Program-made: the position numbers and the translations under genes
Part shown: in pieces, positions 8,592 through 17,614 of the stretch
Numbering within the stretch: position 1 is the first letter of the stretch
How the letters are laid out: each line of letters opens with the position of its first letter
Source of the DNA: Deferribacterales bacterium
Lineage (GTDB): Bacteria > Chrysiogenota > Deferribacteres > Deferribacterales > Geovibrionaceae
Reading direction: 5' to 3'
Length of the DNA: 34,015 nt
Assembly: GCA_050253335.1 (NCBI GenBank)
Contig: JBFWJG010000024.1
Coordinates: forward strand, 1-34,015
Notes under the pieces: model-generated
Told to the model about the DNA's origin: nothing
What the model saw: the letters and a program-made list of their open reading frames with translations, nothing else
Databases searched by the model: none

Positions 8592-10045
8592 CAAACATTA
8601 TAGTAGTTAACACGCCCTCAGAATGGAAGTTTGATACCCCCGACGCAAGAGTTGTCTCCGCATGGAACTACCTCACAGATCCCGAGTTCAACACTCTCAA
8701 GAAAGCAAAGGTATTCAACCTCTGCCGTTCTTACCAGTACCAGAGCTACGGGTATTATGTTTCTCTTCTGGCGGCGGCCAGAGGGCATATCCCGTATCCG
8801 AATGTCATGACCATTCAGGACTTCAAGTCCAAGGCTTTCGCGAAGCTGATCTCTGACGAGATCGATGAGCTGATACAGAAAAGCCTCGGACACCTCACAT
8901 CAGACAACTTCACCCTGAGCATATATTTCGGCAGAAACCTCGCCAAAAGGTATGACAAGCTCAGCTCACGCCTTTTCGGCATGTTTGTCACCCCGATGGT
9001 CAGGGCGGATTTTGTGAAGCTCAAGGAAAAGTGGATGATCCACTCCATAGCTCCCATATCAATGAAGCAGGTTCCCGAGGAACACTTCGGCTTTGTTGAA
9101 CAGGCCGCCAGAGAATTCTTTGTCCGCAAGCCCAGATCAGCCCACATGAAAAACTACCGTTTCGACCTTGCCATACTCACCAACCCTTCTGAAAAAACGC
9201 CCCCCTCTGACGATGTGGCTATTCAGAGATTCATTAAAGCGGCTGAGAAGGAAGGGGTGAGCACCGAGATAATCAGCAAGGACGACTACACGAGAATACC
9301 CGAATTTGACGCTCTTTTCATCAGGGAAACAACAAGCGTGAACCACCACACCTACCGCTTCTCCCGCAAGGCGGAGACGGAAGGGCTTGTGGTTATGGAT
9401 GATCCGCTGTCCATTCTCCGCTGTACCAACAAGGTTTATCTCTCTGAACTGATGCAGAAAAATAAAATACCCACACCGAAAACCACAATTCTGCACAGGC
9501 ACAACATGAACCACGCAAAGAAGGTTCTGCCCTTCCCCATAATCCTCAAACAGCCTGACAGCTCCTTCTCGCAGGGGGTTGTGAAGGTGCATGATGAAAA
9601 GGAATACAAGGCGGCAATGGAAAAGCTTCTGGATAAATCAGCCCTTGTGGTCGCGCAGGAGTTCATGCCCACCAGCTTTGACTGGCGTGTCGGCGTGATA
9701 GGCGGAAAAGCGATTTATGTCTGCCGCTACTTCATGCACGGAGACCACTGGCAGATTGTCGAGCGTGACGCAGACGGACAGCTCCACAACGGCAAGTTTG
9801 ACACAATGCCCGTTGAGGAAGCTCCTGCGGGGGCGGTGGAGCTTGCCCTCAAGGCCACAAAATGCATAGGCAACTCCCTCTACGGCGTTGATATAAAACA
9901 GGTCGGAAAAAAGTTTTATGTGATAGAGGTGAATGACAACCCCAGCATAGAATCCGATGTTGAGGACAGCGTTCTCGGCAAAAAACTGTATGAGATAATC
10001 ATAGGTGAATTTGTAAGCAGGCTTGTCGCCCGCAAGGTGAAATAA
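8588..10045 (+). CDS. RimK-family ATP-grasp ligase with N-terminal RLAN domain
   Basis: N-terminal VFNLCRSYQYQSYGYYVSLLAAARGH (RLAN); ATP-grasp motifs DALFIRETT, CTNKVY, KQPDSSFSQGV, QEFMPT.FDWRV, YGVDIK, IEVNDNPS. Confidence 0.9.
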   Translation: MTNIIVVNTPSEWKFDTPDARVVSAWNYLTDPEFNTLKKAKVFNLCRSYQYQSYGYYVSLLAAARGHIPYPNVMTIQDFKSKAFAKLISDEIDELIQKSLGHLTSDNFTLSIYFGRNLAKRYDKLSSRLFGMFVTPMVRADFVKLKEKWMIHSIAPISMKQVPEEHFGFVEQAAREFFVRKPRSAHMKNYRFDLAILTNPSEKTPPSDDVAIQRFIKAAEKEGVSTEIISKDDYTRIPEFDALFIRETTSVNHHTYRFSRKAETEGLVVMDDPLSILRCTNKVYLSELMQKNKIPTPKTTILHRHNMNHAKKVLPFPIILKQPDSSFSQGVVKVHDEKEYKAAMEKLLDKSALVVAQEFMPTSFDWRVGVIGGKAIYVCRYFMHGDHWQIVERDADGQLHNGKFDTMPVEEAPAGAVELALKATKCIGNSLYGVDIKQVGKKFYVIEVNDNPSIESDVEDSVLGKKLYEIIIGEFVSRLVARKVK

Positions 10046-10047
10046 TA

Positions 10048-11259
10048 ATGTACGGACTTTTCTCCGTTTACGGAATCGAACTGGAGTACATGATTGTATC
10101 AAAAGACAGCCTGAATGTTCTCCCTGTGAGCGACAGGCTTCTGGCCGCCGCCGCGGGGGAAATTACCCAGAGCTTTGAACAGGGGGCGGTGGGCTGGTCC
10201 AATGAGCTTGTTCTGCATGTCATAGAGCTTAAAACCAACGGTCCCGCAAAGGACATACGCAGTCTTGACACTCAGTTTGCCGCAAGCGTAAGGGAGATAA
10301 ACTCAATCCTCGGCGGGTTCGGGGGAATGCTGATGCCCGCCGCCATGCATCCGCTCATGAACCCCGATACGGATATGCACCTATGGAACCACGGCGACAA
10401 AGAGATATACGAAACATACAACAGAATATTCAACTGCAAGGGGCACGGCTGGTCAAATCTTCAGAGCACGCACATCAACCTCCCCTTCTCCACTGATGAG
10501 GAATTCGGCAGGCTCCATGCGGCGGTGCGTGTCCTCCTCCCTCTGATACCCGCTCTTGCCGCGAGCTCCCCCTTCCGCGAAGGGGAGCACACAGGCTGGC
10601 TGGATACAAGACTGGTTACCTACAGATACAACCAGAAGAAGATCCCCTCCATCACGGGGCAGGTTATACCTGAACCCTGCTTCTCATGGGAGGCGTATGA
10701 AAAAGGGATACTGGAACCCATGTACCGTGATATAGCGCCTTATGATCCCGAATGCATCCTTCAGGAGGAATGGCTGAACTCAAGGGGCGCCATAGCCAGA
10801 TTTGACAGAAAAGCCATTGAAATCCGCCTTATGGACATACAGGAGTGCCCGAAAGCGGATCTCGCCGCCGTGTCTCTCATAGCCGAAACCCTGAAAAAGC
10901 TTGTCCGCTGTGAACGGAGCACTTATTCCGCACAGAAGGAGGCGGATCAGGCCATGCTTGTGGATCTCATGGATAAATGCGCCAAAGATGCCCGAAATGC
11001 GGATATTGAAAACTCCGCATATACAGCCCTGTTCGGCTTTGAAGGCAAAATGACGGCAGGTGAGCTCCTGCTGAGACTGGCGGAGGAAATGCCTGATGAC
11101 GCTCCATACAAGACAGAGGCGGTTAAGCTGTGTTCGATAGATTCACTGGCGGAAAGGATAATGTCGCGCACGGGCAGCAGACCCTCGCCCGATAAGCTCA
11201 GGGAAGTTTACGGCGAGCTGGCCGTCTGTCTGGCGGAAAACAGATTTTTTCAGCCATGA
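10048..11259 (+). CDS. Glutamate--cysteine ligase family 2 (GCS2) carboxylate-amine ligase
   Basis: YGIELEY, SNELVLHVIELKT, AMHP, NLQSTHINL, ALAASSPF, NSRGAIARFDRKAIEIRLMDIQE. Confidence 0.88.
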   Translation: MYGLFSVYGIELEYMIVSKDSLNVLPVSDRLLAAAAGEITQSFEQGAVGWSNELVLHVIELKTNGPAKDIRSLDTQFAASVREINSILGGFGGMLMPAAMHPLMNPDTDMHLWNHGDKEIYETYNRIFNCKGHGWSNLQSTHINLPFSTDEEFGRLHAAVRVLLPLIPALAASSPFREGEHTGWLDTRLVTYRYNQKKIPSITGQVIPEPCFSWEAYEKGILEPMYRDIAPYDPECILQEEWLNSRGAIARFDRKAIEIRLMDIQECPKADLAAVSLIAETLKKLVRCERSTYSAQKEADQAMLVDLMDKCAKDARNADIENSAYTALFGFEGKMTAGELLLRLAEEMPDDAPYKTEAVKLCSIDSLAERIMSRTGSRPSPDKLREVYGELAVCLAENRFFQP

Positions 11260-11927
11260 GAATTATAATCACCTGCGAACATGCGGTGAATAGCGTTCCC
11301 TCCGAATTCACCAGTCTTTTCAGGGGGCATGAGGAGGTTTTGAGTTCTCACAGGGGATATGACGCAGGAGCGGCGCAGGCGGCGGAGCTTCTGGGCAGAT
11401 TCCTTGACACTGCCCCCGTCATGGGGAACATCACCCGCCTTCTGATCGATCTTAACCGTTCACCGCACAACAGGACGCTTTTCTCCGAATTTTCCGGAAA
11501 ACTCACCGTGCCTGAAAAACAAAGGCTTCTTGACGAATACCATGCTCCGTTCAGAAACAGAGTGCTTGAGGCCGCGGAAAAAGCGGAAAAACCCTTGCTC
11601 CATATCTCGGTGCATTCATTCACTCCCGTGCTTAACGGTGAAGTGCGCAAAGCGGACATAGGCATTCTCTACGACCCTGCGAGAGAGAGGGAAAAAACAG
11701 CGGCAGCCGTCCTCGCAGGCGCATTAAAGACACTGCCTTACAGGGTTATGAAAAACAGTCCCTATCAGGGAAAGTCTGACGGCACGGCGGCATGGCTGAG
11801 AAAGCTAATGCCCGGTTCGGAGTACGCGGGGATTGAACTTGAGCTCAACCAGAAGCTCCTCGCGGGCGGACGCTTTCCGGAAGAGATAATCCGGAAAACG
11901 GCCGAAGCGGCGGCAGGGATTCCCTGA
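11256..11927 (+). CDS. N-formylglutamate amidohydrolase family protein
   Basis: ITCEHA, SHRGYDAGA, TRLLIDLNRS, YHAPF, ISVHSFTP, DIGILYD, IELELNQ; ATGA overlap with the GCS2 gene. Confidence 0.88.
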   Translation: MRIIITCEHAVNSVPSEFTSLFRGHEEVLSSHRGYDAGAAQAAELLGRFLDTAPVMGNITRLLIDLNRSPHNRTLFSEFSGKLTVPEKQRLLDEYHAPFRNRVLEAAEKAEKPLLHISVHSFTPVLNGEVRKADIGILYDPAREREKTAAAVLAGALKTLPYRVMKNSPYQGKSDGTAAWLRKLMPGSEYAGIELELNQKLLAGGRFPEEIIRKTAEAAAGIP

Positions 11928-11936
11928 ACTTAAAAG

Positions 11937-11964
11937 TTGCTTTTTATTTTTTTAGTGATAATCT
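11937..11964 (+). promoter_or_regulatory. Candidate sigma70 promoter for a probably leaderless EamA mRNA
   Basis: TTGCTT (11937-11942)-N16-TAATCT (11959-11964) with extended-10 TG; ATG 6 nt after the -10; no SD sequence. Confidence 0.5.
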
Positions 11965-11970
11965 CCGCCG

Positions 11971-12849
11971 ATGAAAATTAATTACAGCAATCCGCATTTT
12001 TTGATGCTTCTTTACACCGTTCTTGTTTCAGGATCATTTCACATAGGCCATGTGCTTGTAAATTACATGGACTCCACAGTGCTTACCTTTGTGCGGTTTC
12101 TGCTGGGTTCCGTGCTTTTCGGGATATATGTTTTTCCGAGATATGAGGTAAAACGCCCTTCCCTCAGCGATCTCGCCAGATACTTCGCCATAAGCGCCAG
12201 CATGATCTTCTACTTCTGGGCTATGTTTGAGGCTCTGCGCTATACGACTCCGCTCAACACTGCGATAACATACACCGTGGTTCCGCTGTTTTCGGCTGTT
12301 TACGGGATTTTCCTGCTCAGGGAGAGGGTTTCATTAAGGAAGTTCACTGTGCTGTTCGCCGCTATGCTCGGCGCTGTGTGGGTTATTATAGACGGTTCGC
12401 TCTCGAGGCTTGCGGAGCTTGACTTCAACAAAGGGGATGTAATCTTCCTCATCGGCTGTCTGTGCATCGGCCTGTATTCTCCGCTTTCCAAAAAGCTTCA
12501 TAAGGGTGAGCCGATGCCTGTGCTGACTCTCTGGACTATGATAACCGGAACTGTCTGGCTTCTTCTGATCGCTAATGTGAAAATACTTGAGATAAACATC
12601 CGCCTGCTGGACACCGCTTTCTTCGCGGGAGTGGCGTATATAACGGTTTTCGCTACCATAGCCACCTTCTTCATTGTGCAGTATTCCAGCAAGCAGCTTC
12701 CGGTGAGCAAGGTGATGAGCTATATTTATCTGACCCCTGTATTCGTGATAATTATTCAGACTGCTATAGGCAAGGGGCTGCCGCACGCGGCGGTTATACC
12801 CGGTGTCGCGGCCTCGGTTGCCGCGACCTTCTATTTTCTGCGCTCCTAG
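11971..12849 (+). CDS. EamA/DMT family transporter
   Basis: About 10 hydrophobic segments in two EamA repeats; RFLLG, ALRYTTPLN, FLLRERV, GDVIFLIG, YIYLTPV. Confidence 0.88.
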   Translation: MKINYSNPHFLMLLYTVLVSGSFHIGHVLVNYMDSTVLTFVRFLLGSVLFGIYVFPRYEVKRPSLSDLARYFAISASMIFYFWAMFEALRYTTPLNTAITYTVVPLFSAVYGIFLLRERVSLRKFTVLFAAMLGAVWVIIDGSLSRLAELDFNKGDVIFLIGCLCIGLYSPLSKKLHKGEPMPVLTLWTMITGTVWLLLIANVKILEINIRLLDTAFFAGVAYITVFATIATFFIVQYSSKQLPVSKVMSYIYLTPVFVIIIQTAIGKGLPHAAVIPGVAASVAATFYFLRS

Positions 12850-14279
12850 GCGCTGGTTACCTTGTCCTTTCCTGACTTCTTTGCCTCGTAAAGGGCTTCA
12901 TCCGCCCTTTTTATGAGGCTGTCCATGCTTTCGCCCGGAACATATTTCGCCACACCGCAGCTTACGGTGATCTTCTGAGCGCCGCCGCAGCTGATCAGGC
13001 TTATTCCGTTCCTTATCCTTTCCGCTATGGCAACGGCTATCTCCTCTCCGCCGTAGGCAAGGATTATGAACTCGTCCCCTCCCCAGCGGGCAAAAATATC
13101 CACCTGACGGATTTTTTCAAAGGCTGTGGCTGTTACTTTTTTGAGAATCTCATCCCCTGTGCTGTGTCCGCAGGTATCGTTTATCGCCTTGAAGCCGTCC
13201 AGATCGAAAAGAATAACTGAAAATGCCGTTCCGTTCCTCTCAGCGAAGGCCTCTGCCCGGCGGAATTCATTTTCAAAGGCCCGCCTGTTCAACAGTCCGG
13301 TGAGTTCATCTGTCGAGGCCATTTTTTCAAGCCTGCTCTGGAAGAAATTGACGGTGAAAATATTTATGAGGATGACAAGGATGCTCACGAAGAAACCCAG
13401 AAACATGTTCTGCCACAGGTTCTTGCGAAGACCCTCAAGTGATTTGCTCTGGTTGTTCTCCACAAAAAGGAACCAGTCCAGTTCCTCTATGTAGCGCACG
13501 GTGAGGAATATGTCGTCCCCGCCTCTTTTGTATTCGTAAAAGCCGGAAGCCTCGCTCACGGTGAGCGCTTCCTTTGCCACGCCGCTGAGCCCTTCTTCTC
13601 TGTATATGTTATCTGCGAGGGTTTTGCCCCCGGGGTACATCTGTATGTTGCCGTCTCTGTCCACAAGATATATGTCGCGGTCATACTTGACCTGATAAGC
13701 GCTGAGAAGATTTGTTATCCGCTGAAGCTCAAGCCCCACTCCGGTAACTCCGAGGAGGTTGTTGTCGTAGTCATTGAGCCTGTGGTTGATGAAAACAGTG
13801 AGAGTGTTCTCCTCCGCCTGATTCTCGTCTATCACTATGTCATAATCCTTATGCAGCGCCTTGAAGTCGTAATACCAGACATCATGCTCGTCGCCCATCT
13901 TGATTCTTTTCAGGACGCCGTCATGGTAATAGTATTTGCCGCTTCTCTCGGAAACAAAGAACGCGGTGAAGAAGCCGTACTTATTCTTTATTTCCTGAAG
14001 ATATTTTTCCACCATGCCCATGCTCTGTTCGCCTTCCAGAACCCAGTCCTTCAGAAAGGTGTCGTGCGCCATAAGAGAGGAAACAAAAACAGGCCGCATA
14101 AGATCACGCTGAATCTCAGAGTAGATATTATCTCTCGTAAGGGGGAGAGAACCGTATATTTCATTCTCACGCATGGTCTTTTTTACGGAGAAATAATTAA
14201 TGAGATTAACGCATAAAAAACCGGTGAAAAGGATAAAGCACAAAATAGTGATAAGCTTTGACTTAACAGAAACCGCCAT
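12846..14279 (-). CDS. Membrane-bound Cache-sensor diguanylate cyclase
   Basis: Two TM helices around a periplasmic Cache-like domain; DELTGLLNRR, DLDGFKAINDTCGH..GD, RQVD I-site, RWGGDEF active site. Start moved to MAVSV (GAGGT 8 nt upstream); 14294 is an alternative. Confidence 0.9.
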   Translation of the reverse strand: MAVSVKSKLITILCFILFTGFLCVNLINYFSVKKTMRENEIYGSLPLTRDNIYSEIQRDLMRPVFVSSLMAHDTFLKDWVLEGEQSMGMVEKYLQEIKNKYGFFTAFFVSERSGKYYYHDGVLKRIKMGDEHDVWYYDFKALHKDYDIVIDENQAEENTLTVFINHRLNDYDNNLLGVTGVGLELQRITNLLSAYQVKYDRDIYLVDRDGNIQMYPGGKTLADNIYREEGLSGVAKEALTVSEASGFYEYKRGGDDIFLTVRYIEELDWFLFVENNQSKSLEGLRKNLWQNMFLGFFVSILVILINIFTVNFFQSRLEKMASTDELTGLLNRRAFENEFRRAEAFAERNGTAFSVILFDLDGFKAINDTCGHSTGDEILKKVTATAFEKIRQVDIFARWGGDEFIILAYGGEEIAVAIAERIRNGISLISCGGAQKITVSCGVAKYVPGESMDSLIKRADEALYEAKKSGKDKVTSA

Positions 14280-14381
14280 TCGGAAATACCTCATTGTATG
14301 TTTCCATAAATATAGCATCGGACAAAAATAGTGAAGGAATATCGTATCCCGAGTGTAAAATAAATACCGAAAATACATTAG

Positions 14382-14415
14382 AAACCCCGGGGTGTGCGGA
14401 ACACCCCCAAGGTTT
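14382..14415 (-). terminator. Stem-loop at the 3' end of the ATPase gene, possible terminator
   Basis: GGGGTGT/ACACCCC core stem extended by AAACC/GGTTT; weak U-tract. Confidence 0.5.
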
Positions 14416-16283
14416 TATGCGCTTTTGAAATTGAGCAGAAGCGCCGAGTTTACTATAACCGCAACCGAACCCAGATTGTGCACCAAAGCCCCCATGACAG
14501 GGTTCAGCAGTCCGCCCATGGCCATGAATATGGCGGCGAAATTCAGCACAAGAGAGAGGGTTATGTTTATATTGATGGTGGACATGGTTTTCCGTGCCAG
14601 TTTAAGCAGATGGGGCACAGCCTTTATGTCGTCCCCCACAAGGGCGGCATCCGCCGCCTCAACCGCAATATCACTGCCTATTCCGCCCATAGCCAGCCCC
14701 ACATGGGCGCATTTGAGGGCGGGCGCGTCATTTATGCCGTCCCCTATCATGCAGACCATCTTTTTCTGTTTCTGATATTTGTCGATGTAGTACATCTTGT
14801 CTTCCGGCAGGCAGTCAAAGTGCACCTTGAATATGCCTGCACCCCTTGCTATATGTCCCGCCGCTTCCTGATGGTCTCCGGTGAGGAGGACGCTCTCAAT
14901 GTTCAGTTCACCGAGCTTCCGAACCGTCTCGGCGGAATCTCCCCTGAGCGCATCGGCAAGGGCTATGAAGCCTGCCTCTTTCCCGTCGAGGGCAACATAT
15001 ATAACCGTGCACCCCTCTCTTCGGTGAAGAGAGGCGGCGCTTTTAAGTTTGTCCGAAAGAGATACGGAGTTTTCCGCCATCATCTCCGCATTGCCCGCCA
15101 GAACTGTTCTTCCGTCCACAACCGCCCTGACTCCCCTGCCTGCGGTCATAACAAAGTCATCAGGCTCCTTGAGCTGAGTTTTGAATCTGTTGCGGAAGCC
15201 CGTGACAACCGCTCTGCCAAGGGGATGCTCTGATCTGGATTCCGCGGCGGCGGCAAGCCCCAGAAGCTCTTCCTCAGACACGGCCGCATCAAAGCTCTCC
15301 ACAGCGGAGACCTCAGGTCTGCCGTAAGTCAGGGTTCCTGTTTTATCGAAAGCGACTTTTGTGACCTTCGCCAGCCGCTCAAGGGCGTCACCCTCGCGGA
15401 TGAGTATGCCGAACTTGGTGGCGTTGCCTATGCCCGCCATGATGGCTGTCGGTGTGGCAAGCACAAGGGCGCAGGGGCAGAAAACAACAAGGATAGTCAC
15501 GGCGCGGATTATCTCGCCTGTCACAAACCATGTGCCCGCGGCGGAAACAAGGGCAATGACCACAATCCATGTAGCCCACCTGTCCGCTAGGCCGACTATC
15601 TTTGCCTTGCCCGCGTCCGCTGATTCCACAAGGCGGATCATCCTCTGGAGCGATGAATCCCCGCCCACTTTCACAGCCTTCATATCAAAAGCGCCGAACT
15701 GGTTCACTGTGCCGCTGGACACCTCATCCCCGACGCCTTTATCAACAGGGAGGGACTCTCCGGTCATAACCGACTGGTCTATGGATGTCTGTCCGGAAAC
15801 TATAACCCCGTCTACGGCGACCGTCTCACCCGGAAGCACACGGAGCAGATCGCCCGCCTGCACCTCTTCGGCGGGGACAACCCTTTCGCCTCCGTCCGGC
15901 GATATTATCCTCGCCGTTCTGGGGGAAAGCTGAACAAGCTTCTCAATGCCCGCCCTGGCCTTTGCCACAGTGCGCTCTTCAAGCATGGCTCCCAGAGCCA
16001 TAATGAAAGCAACCTCGCCCGCCGCGAAGGTTTCACCTATTATAACTGCGGCTGTGAGGGCGAGTGCCACAAGCACATCCGCCTTTATGTCAAATTCGGT
16101 TGCAAGGCCGATCACCGCACCCTTGATTATCGGCACTCCGCAAAGGAGAATAGCAGCCCACGCAGCGTCAAAAGGGAGGCTGCCTATCTCAAAAAAACTC
16201 ACAACAAGGGACAGGCATGACAAAACCAGAAAAAGAACAGTCCGCTTATCCTCGTCCTTAAATAATTCCTTTATTTTTTCCAT
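14415..16283 (-). CDS. Heavy-metal P1B-type ATPase lacking an N-terminal metal-binding domain
   Basis: TGES, CPCALVLATP, DKTGTLT, SEHP, TGD, GDGINDAPAL; last TM carries HNLGS. Confidence 0.92.
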   Translation of the reverse strand: MEKIKELFKDEDKRTVLFLVLSCLSLVVSFFEIGSLPFDAAWAAILLCGVPIIKGAVIGLATEFDIKADVLVALALTAAVIIGETFAAGEVAFIMALGAMLEERTVAKARAGIEKLVQLSPRTARIISPDGGERVVPAEEVQAGDLLRVLPGETVAVDGVIVSGQTSIDQSVMTGESLPVDKGVGDEVSSGTVNQFGAFDMKAVKVGGDSSLQRMIRLVESADAGKAKIVGLADRWATWIVVIALVSAAGTWFVTGEIIRAVTILVVFCPCALVLATPTAIMAGIGNATKFGILIREGDALERLAKVTKVAFDKTGTLTYGRPEVSAVESFDAAVSEEELLGLAAAAESRSEHPLGRAVVTGFRNRFKTQLKEPDDFVMTAGRGVRAVVDGRTVLAGNAEMMAENSVSLSDKLKSAASLHRREGCTVIYVALDGKEAGFIALADALRGDSAETVRKLGELNIESVLLTGDHQEAAGHIARGAGIFKVHFDCLPEDKMYYIDKYQKQKKMVCMIGDGINDAPALKCAHVGLAMGGIGSDIAVEAADAALVGDDIKAVPHLLKLARKTMSTININITLSLVLNFAAIFMAMGGLLNPVMGALVHNLGSVAVIVNSALLLNFKSA

Positions 16284-16289
16284 TAAAAC

Positions 16290-16565
16290 CTAGCCTATTC
16301 TCGAAAAGTGCTCCACGGCTTTGGCAAATTCGGCTATGGTTCTGTCCGCGTTTCCGTGCTCTATCCCGTCACGGACGCAGTGCTGAAGATGCCCTTCCAG
16401 AACAAGCTGTCCGACCTTGTGCAGAGCGCTCTTGGCGGCGTTGATCTGTATAAGGATATCCTCGCATGGGACATCCTTATCAACCATATCCGAAATAGCC
16501 CTGAGCTGACCTTCGATCTTTTTTATTCGTGTGCGTATCTTCGGAACGTCCATACACTGACGCAT
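16290..16565 (-). CDS. CsoR/RcnR-family metal-sensing repressor
   Basis: RIKKIEGQL..I..M, PCEDILIQI.A, HLQHCV (Cys-His-Cys ligands); SD AGGAGG upstream. Confidence 0.92.
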   Translation of the reverse strand: MRQCMDVPKIRTRIKKIEGQLRAISDMVDKDVPCEDILIQINAAKSALHKVGQLVLEGHLQHCVRDGIEHGNADRTIAEFAKAVEHFSRIG

Positions 16566-16589
16566 TTTTACCTCCTACAGCTATGCCGG

Positions 16590-16615
16590 CTATACCCATA
16601 GGGGTATGGGTATAG
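16590..16615. promoter_or_regulatory. CsoR/RcnR-type operator
   Basis: Perfect inverted repeat CTATACCCATA-GGGG-TATGGGTATAG, between a minus-strand TTGACA (16636-16641) and the repressor start codon. Confidence 0.85.
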
Positions 16616-16742
16616 TTACGCCTGTTTTCTGAGCGTGTCAATAAATTTATTTTGAACATCAAACTTTATTTTTCCGCAAAAGTCAGATTGAAAAATTCCG
16701 CCGACCTGATAAACTTTGATTCTTACTATTGCAGGCGGAAAA

Positions 16743-17150
16743 ATGGAAAAACTCTCCAATGCTGTTGTTGAATTTTATGAAAAGCTCTCCTCATGGGAAC
16801 ACTCTGTCGTGAAAGACACTGGGCTCACCCTGCCCCAGATGCATACCATTGAAGTTCTGGGCAGCGGGGAACCGCTCCGGATGAAGGAGCTGGCGGAGAA
16901 AATGGGCATAACCACCGGAACTCTCACAGTGAATATAGATAAGCTGGTGAAACTGGGGTATGTGATCAGAAAACCGAACGAAACTGACAGAAGGTCTTAC
17001 TATGTGGCGCTCTCGGAGGAAGGGGAGGAGATTTACCGCCGCCACCACGCACTGCACCTTGAACTCACGGAGGAGATCCTCAGCGAGCTGACACAGGAGG
17101 AGGGGCAGATTCTGGAAAAGCTCCTCACCAAAGCGATGCGGGCGTTCTAA
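16743..17150 (+). CDS. MarR-family transcriptional regulator
   Basis: LTLPQ, MKELAEKMGITTGTLT..IDKLVKLGYV.R....DRR...LSEEG; start set at ATG 16743; upstream TTGAAA-N16-TAAACT. Confidence 0.9.
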   Translation: MEKLSNAVVEFYEKLSSWEHSVVKDTGLTLPQMHTIEVLGSGEPLRMKELAEKMGITTGTLTVNIDKLVKLGYVIRKPNETDRRSYYVALSEEGEEIYRRHHALHLELTEEILSELTQEEGQILEKLLTKAMRAF

Positions 17151-17614
17151 AGCTTTTCGCCCGCCATTTCTAATATTATTGCGTATTCTTCCGCCGAAAC
17201 GGGCTGAACGGAGAGGCGCATCCCTTTCTGAACAAGCTTCATCCCCTCAAGCCCGGGCATCATTTTTATATCTTTAAGCGTCACAGGCTTATCAAGCTTT
17301 TTAATGAACCTGATCTCCGTCATGAACCATCTCGGCTTTTCCTGCGGCGATTTGGGGTCGTAATATTTGCTTGATTTATCCCATGCGGTGAAGTCCGGCA
17401 CGCTCTCCCCTGCGCACACCTCGGCCAGCCCGACAACCGCGGGCTCAGCCGTGTTTGAGTGATAAAAGAGAACCTTATCCCCTTTTTTCATCTCATTCAT
17501 CATAAAGTTGCGCGCCTGATAGTTTCTTACCCCTTCCCAGAAGGTTTTCCCTTCCTTCGCCAGCCTGTCTATGGAGTAGGATTCCGGCTCGGACTTCATC
17601 AGCCAGTATTTCAT
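17147..17614 (-). CDS. EVE domain protein
   Basis: YWLMKSEP, WEGVRNYQARN, GDKVLFYHS, YYDPKS, RLSVQPV. Confidence 0.95.
   Translation of the reverse strand: MKYWLMKSEPESYSIDRLAKEGKTFWEGVRNYQARNFMMNEMKKGDKVLFYHSNTAEPAVVGLAEVCAGESVPDFTAWDKSSKYYDPKSPQEKPRWFMTEIRFIKKLDKPVTLKDIKMMPGLEGMKLVQKGMRLSVQPVSAEEYAIILEMAGEKL

Noticed and set aside
14394..15233. 279-aa plus-strand ORF
   Set aside because: Antisense shadow of the P1B ATPase.
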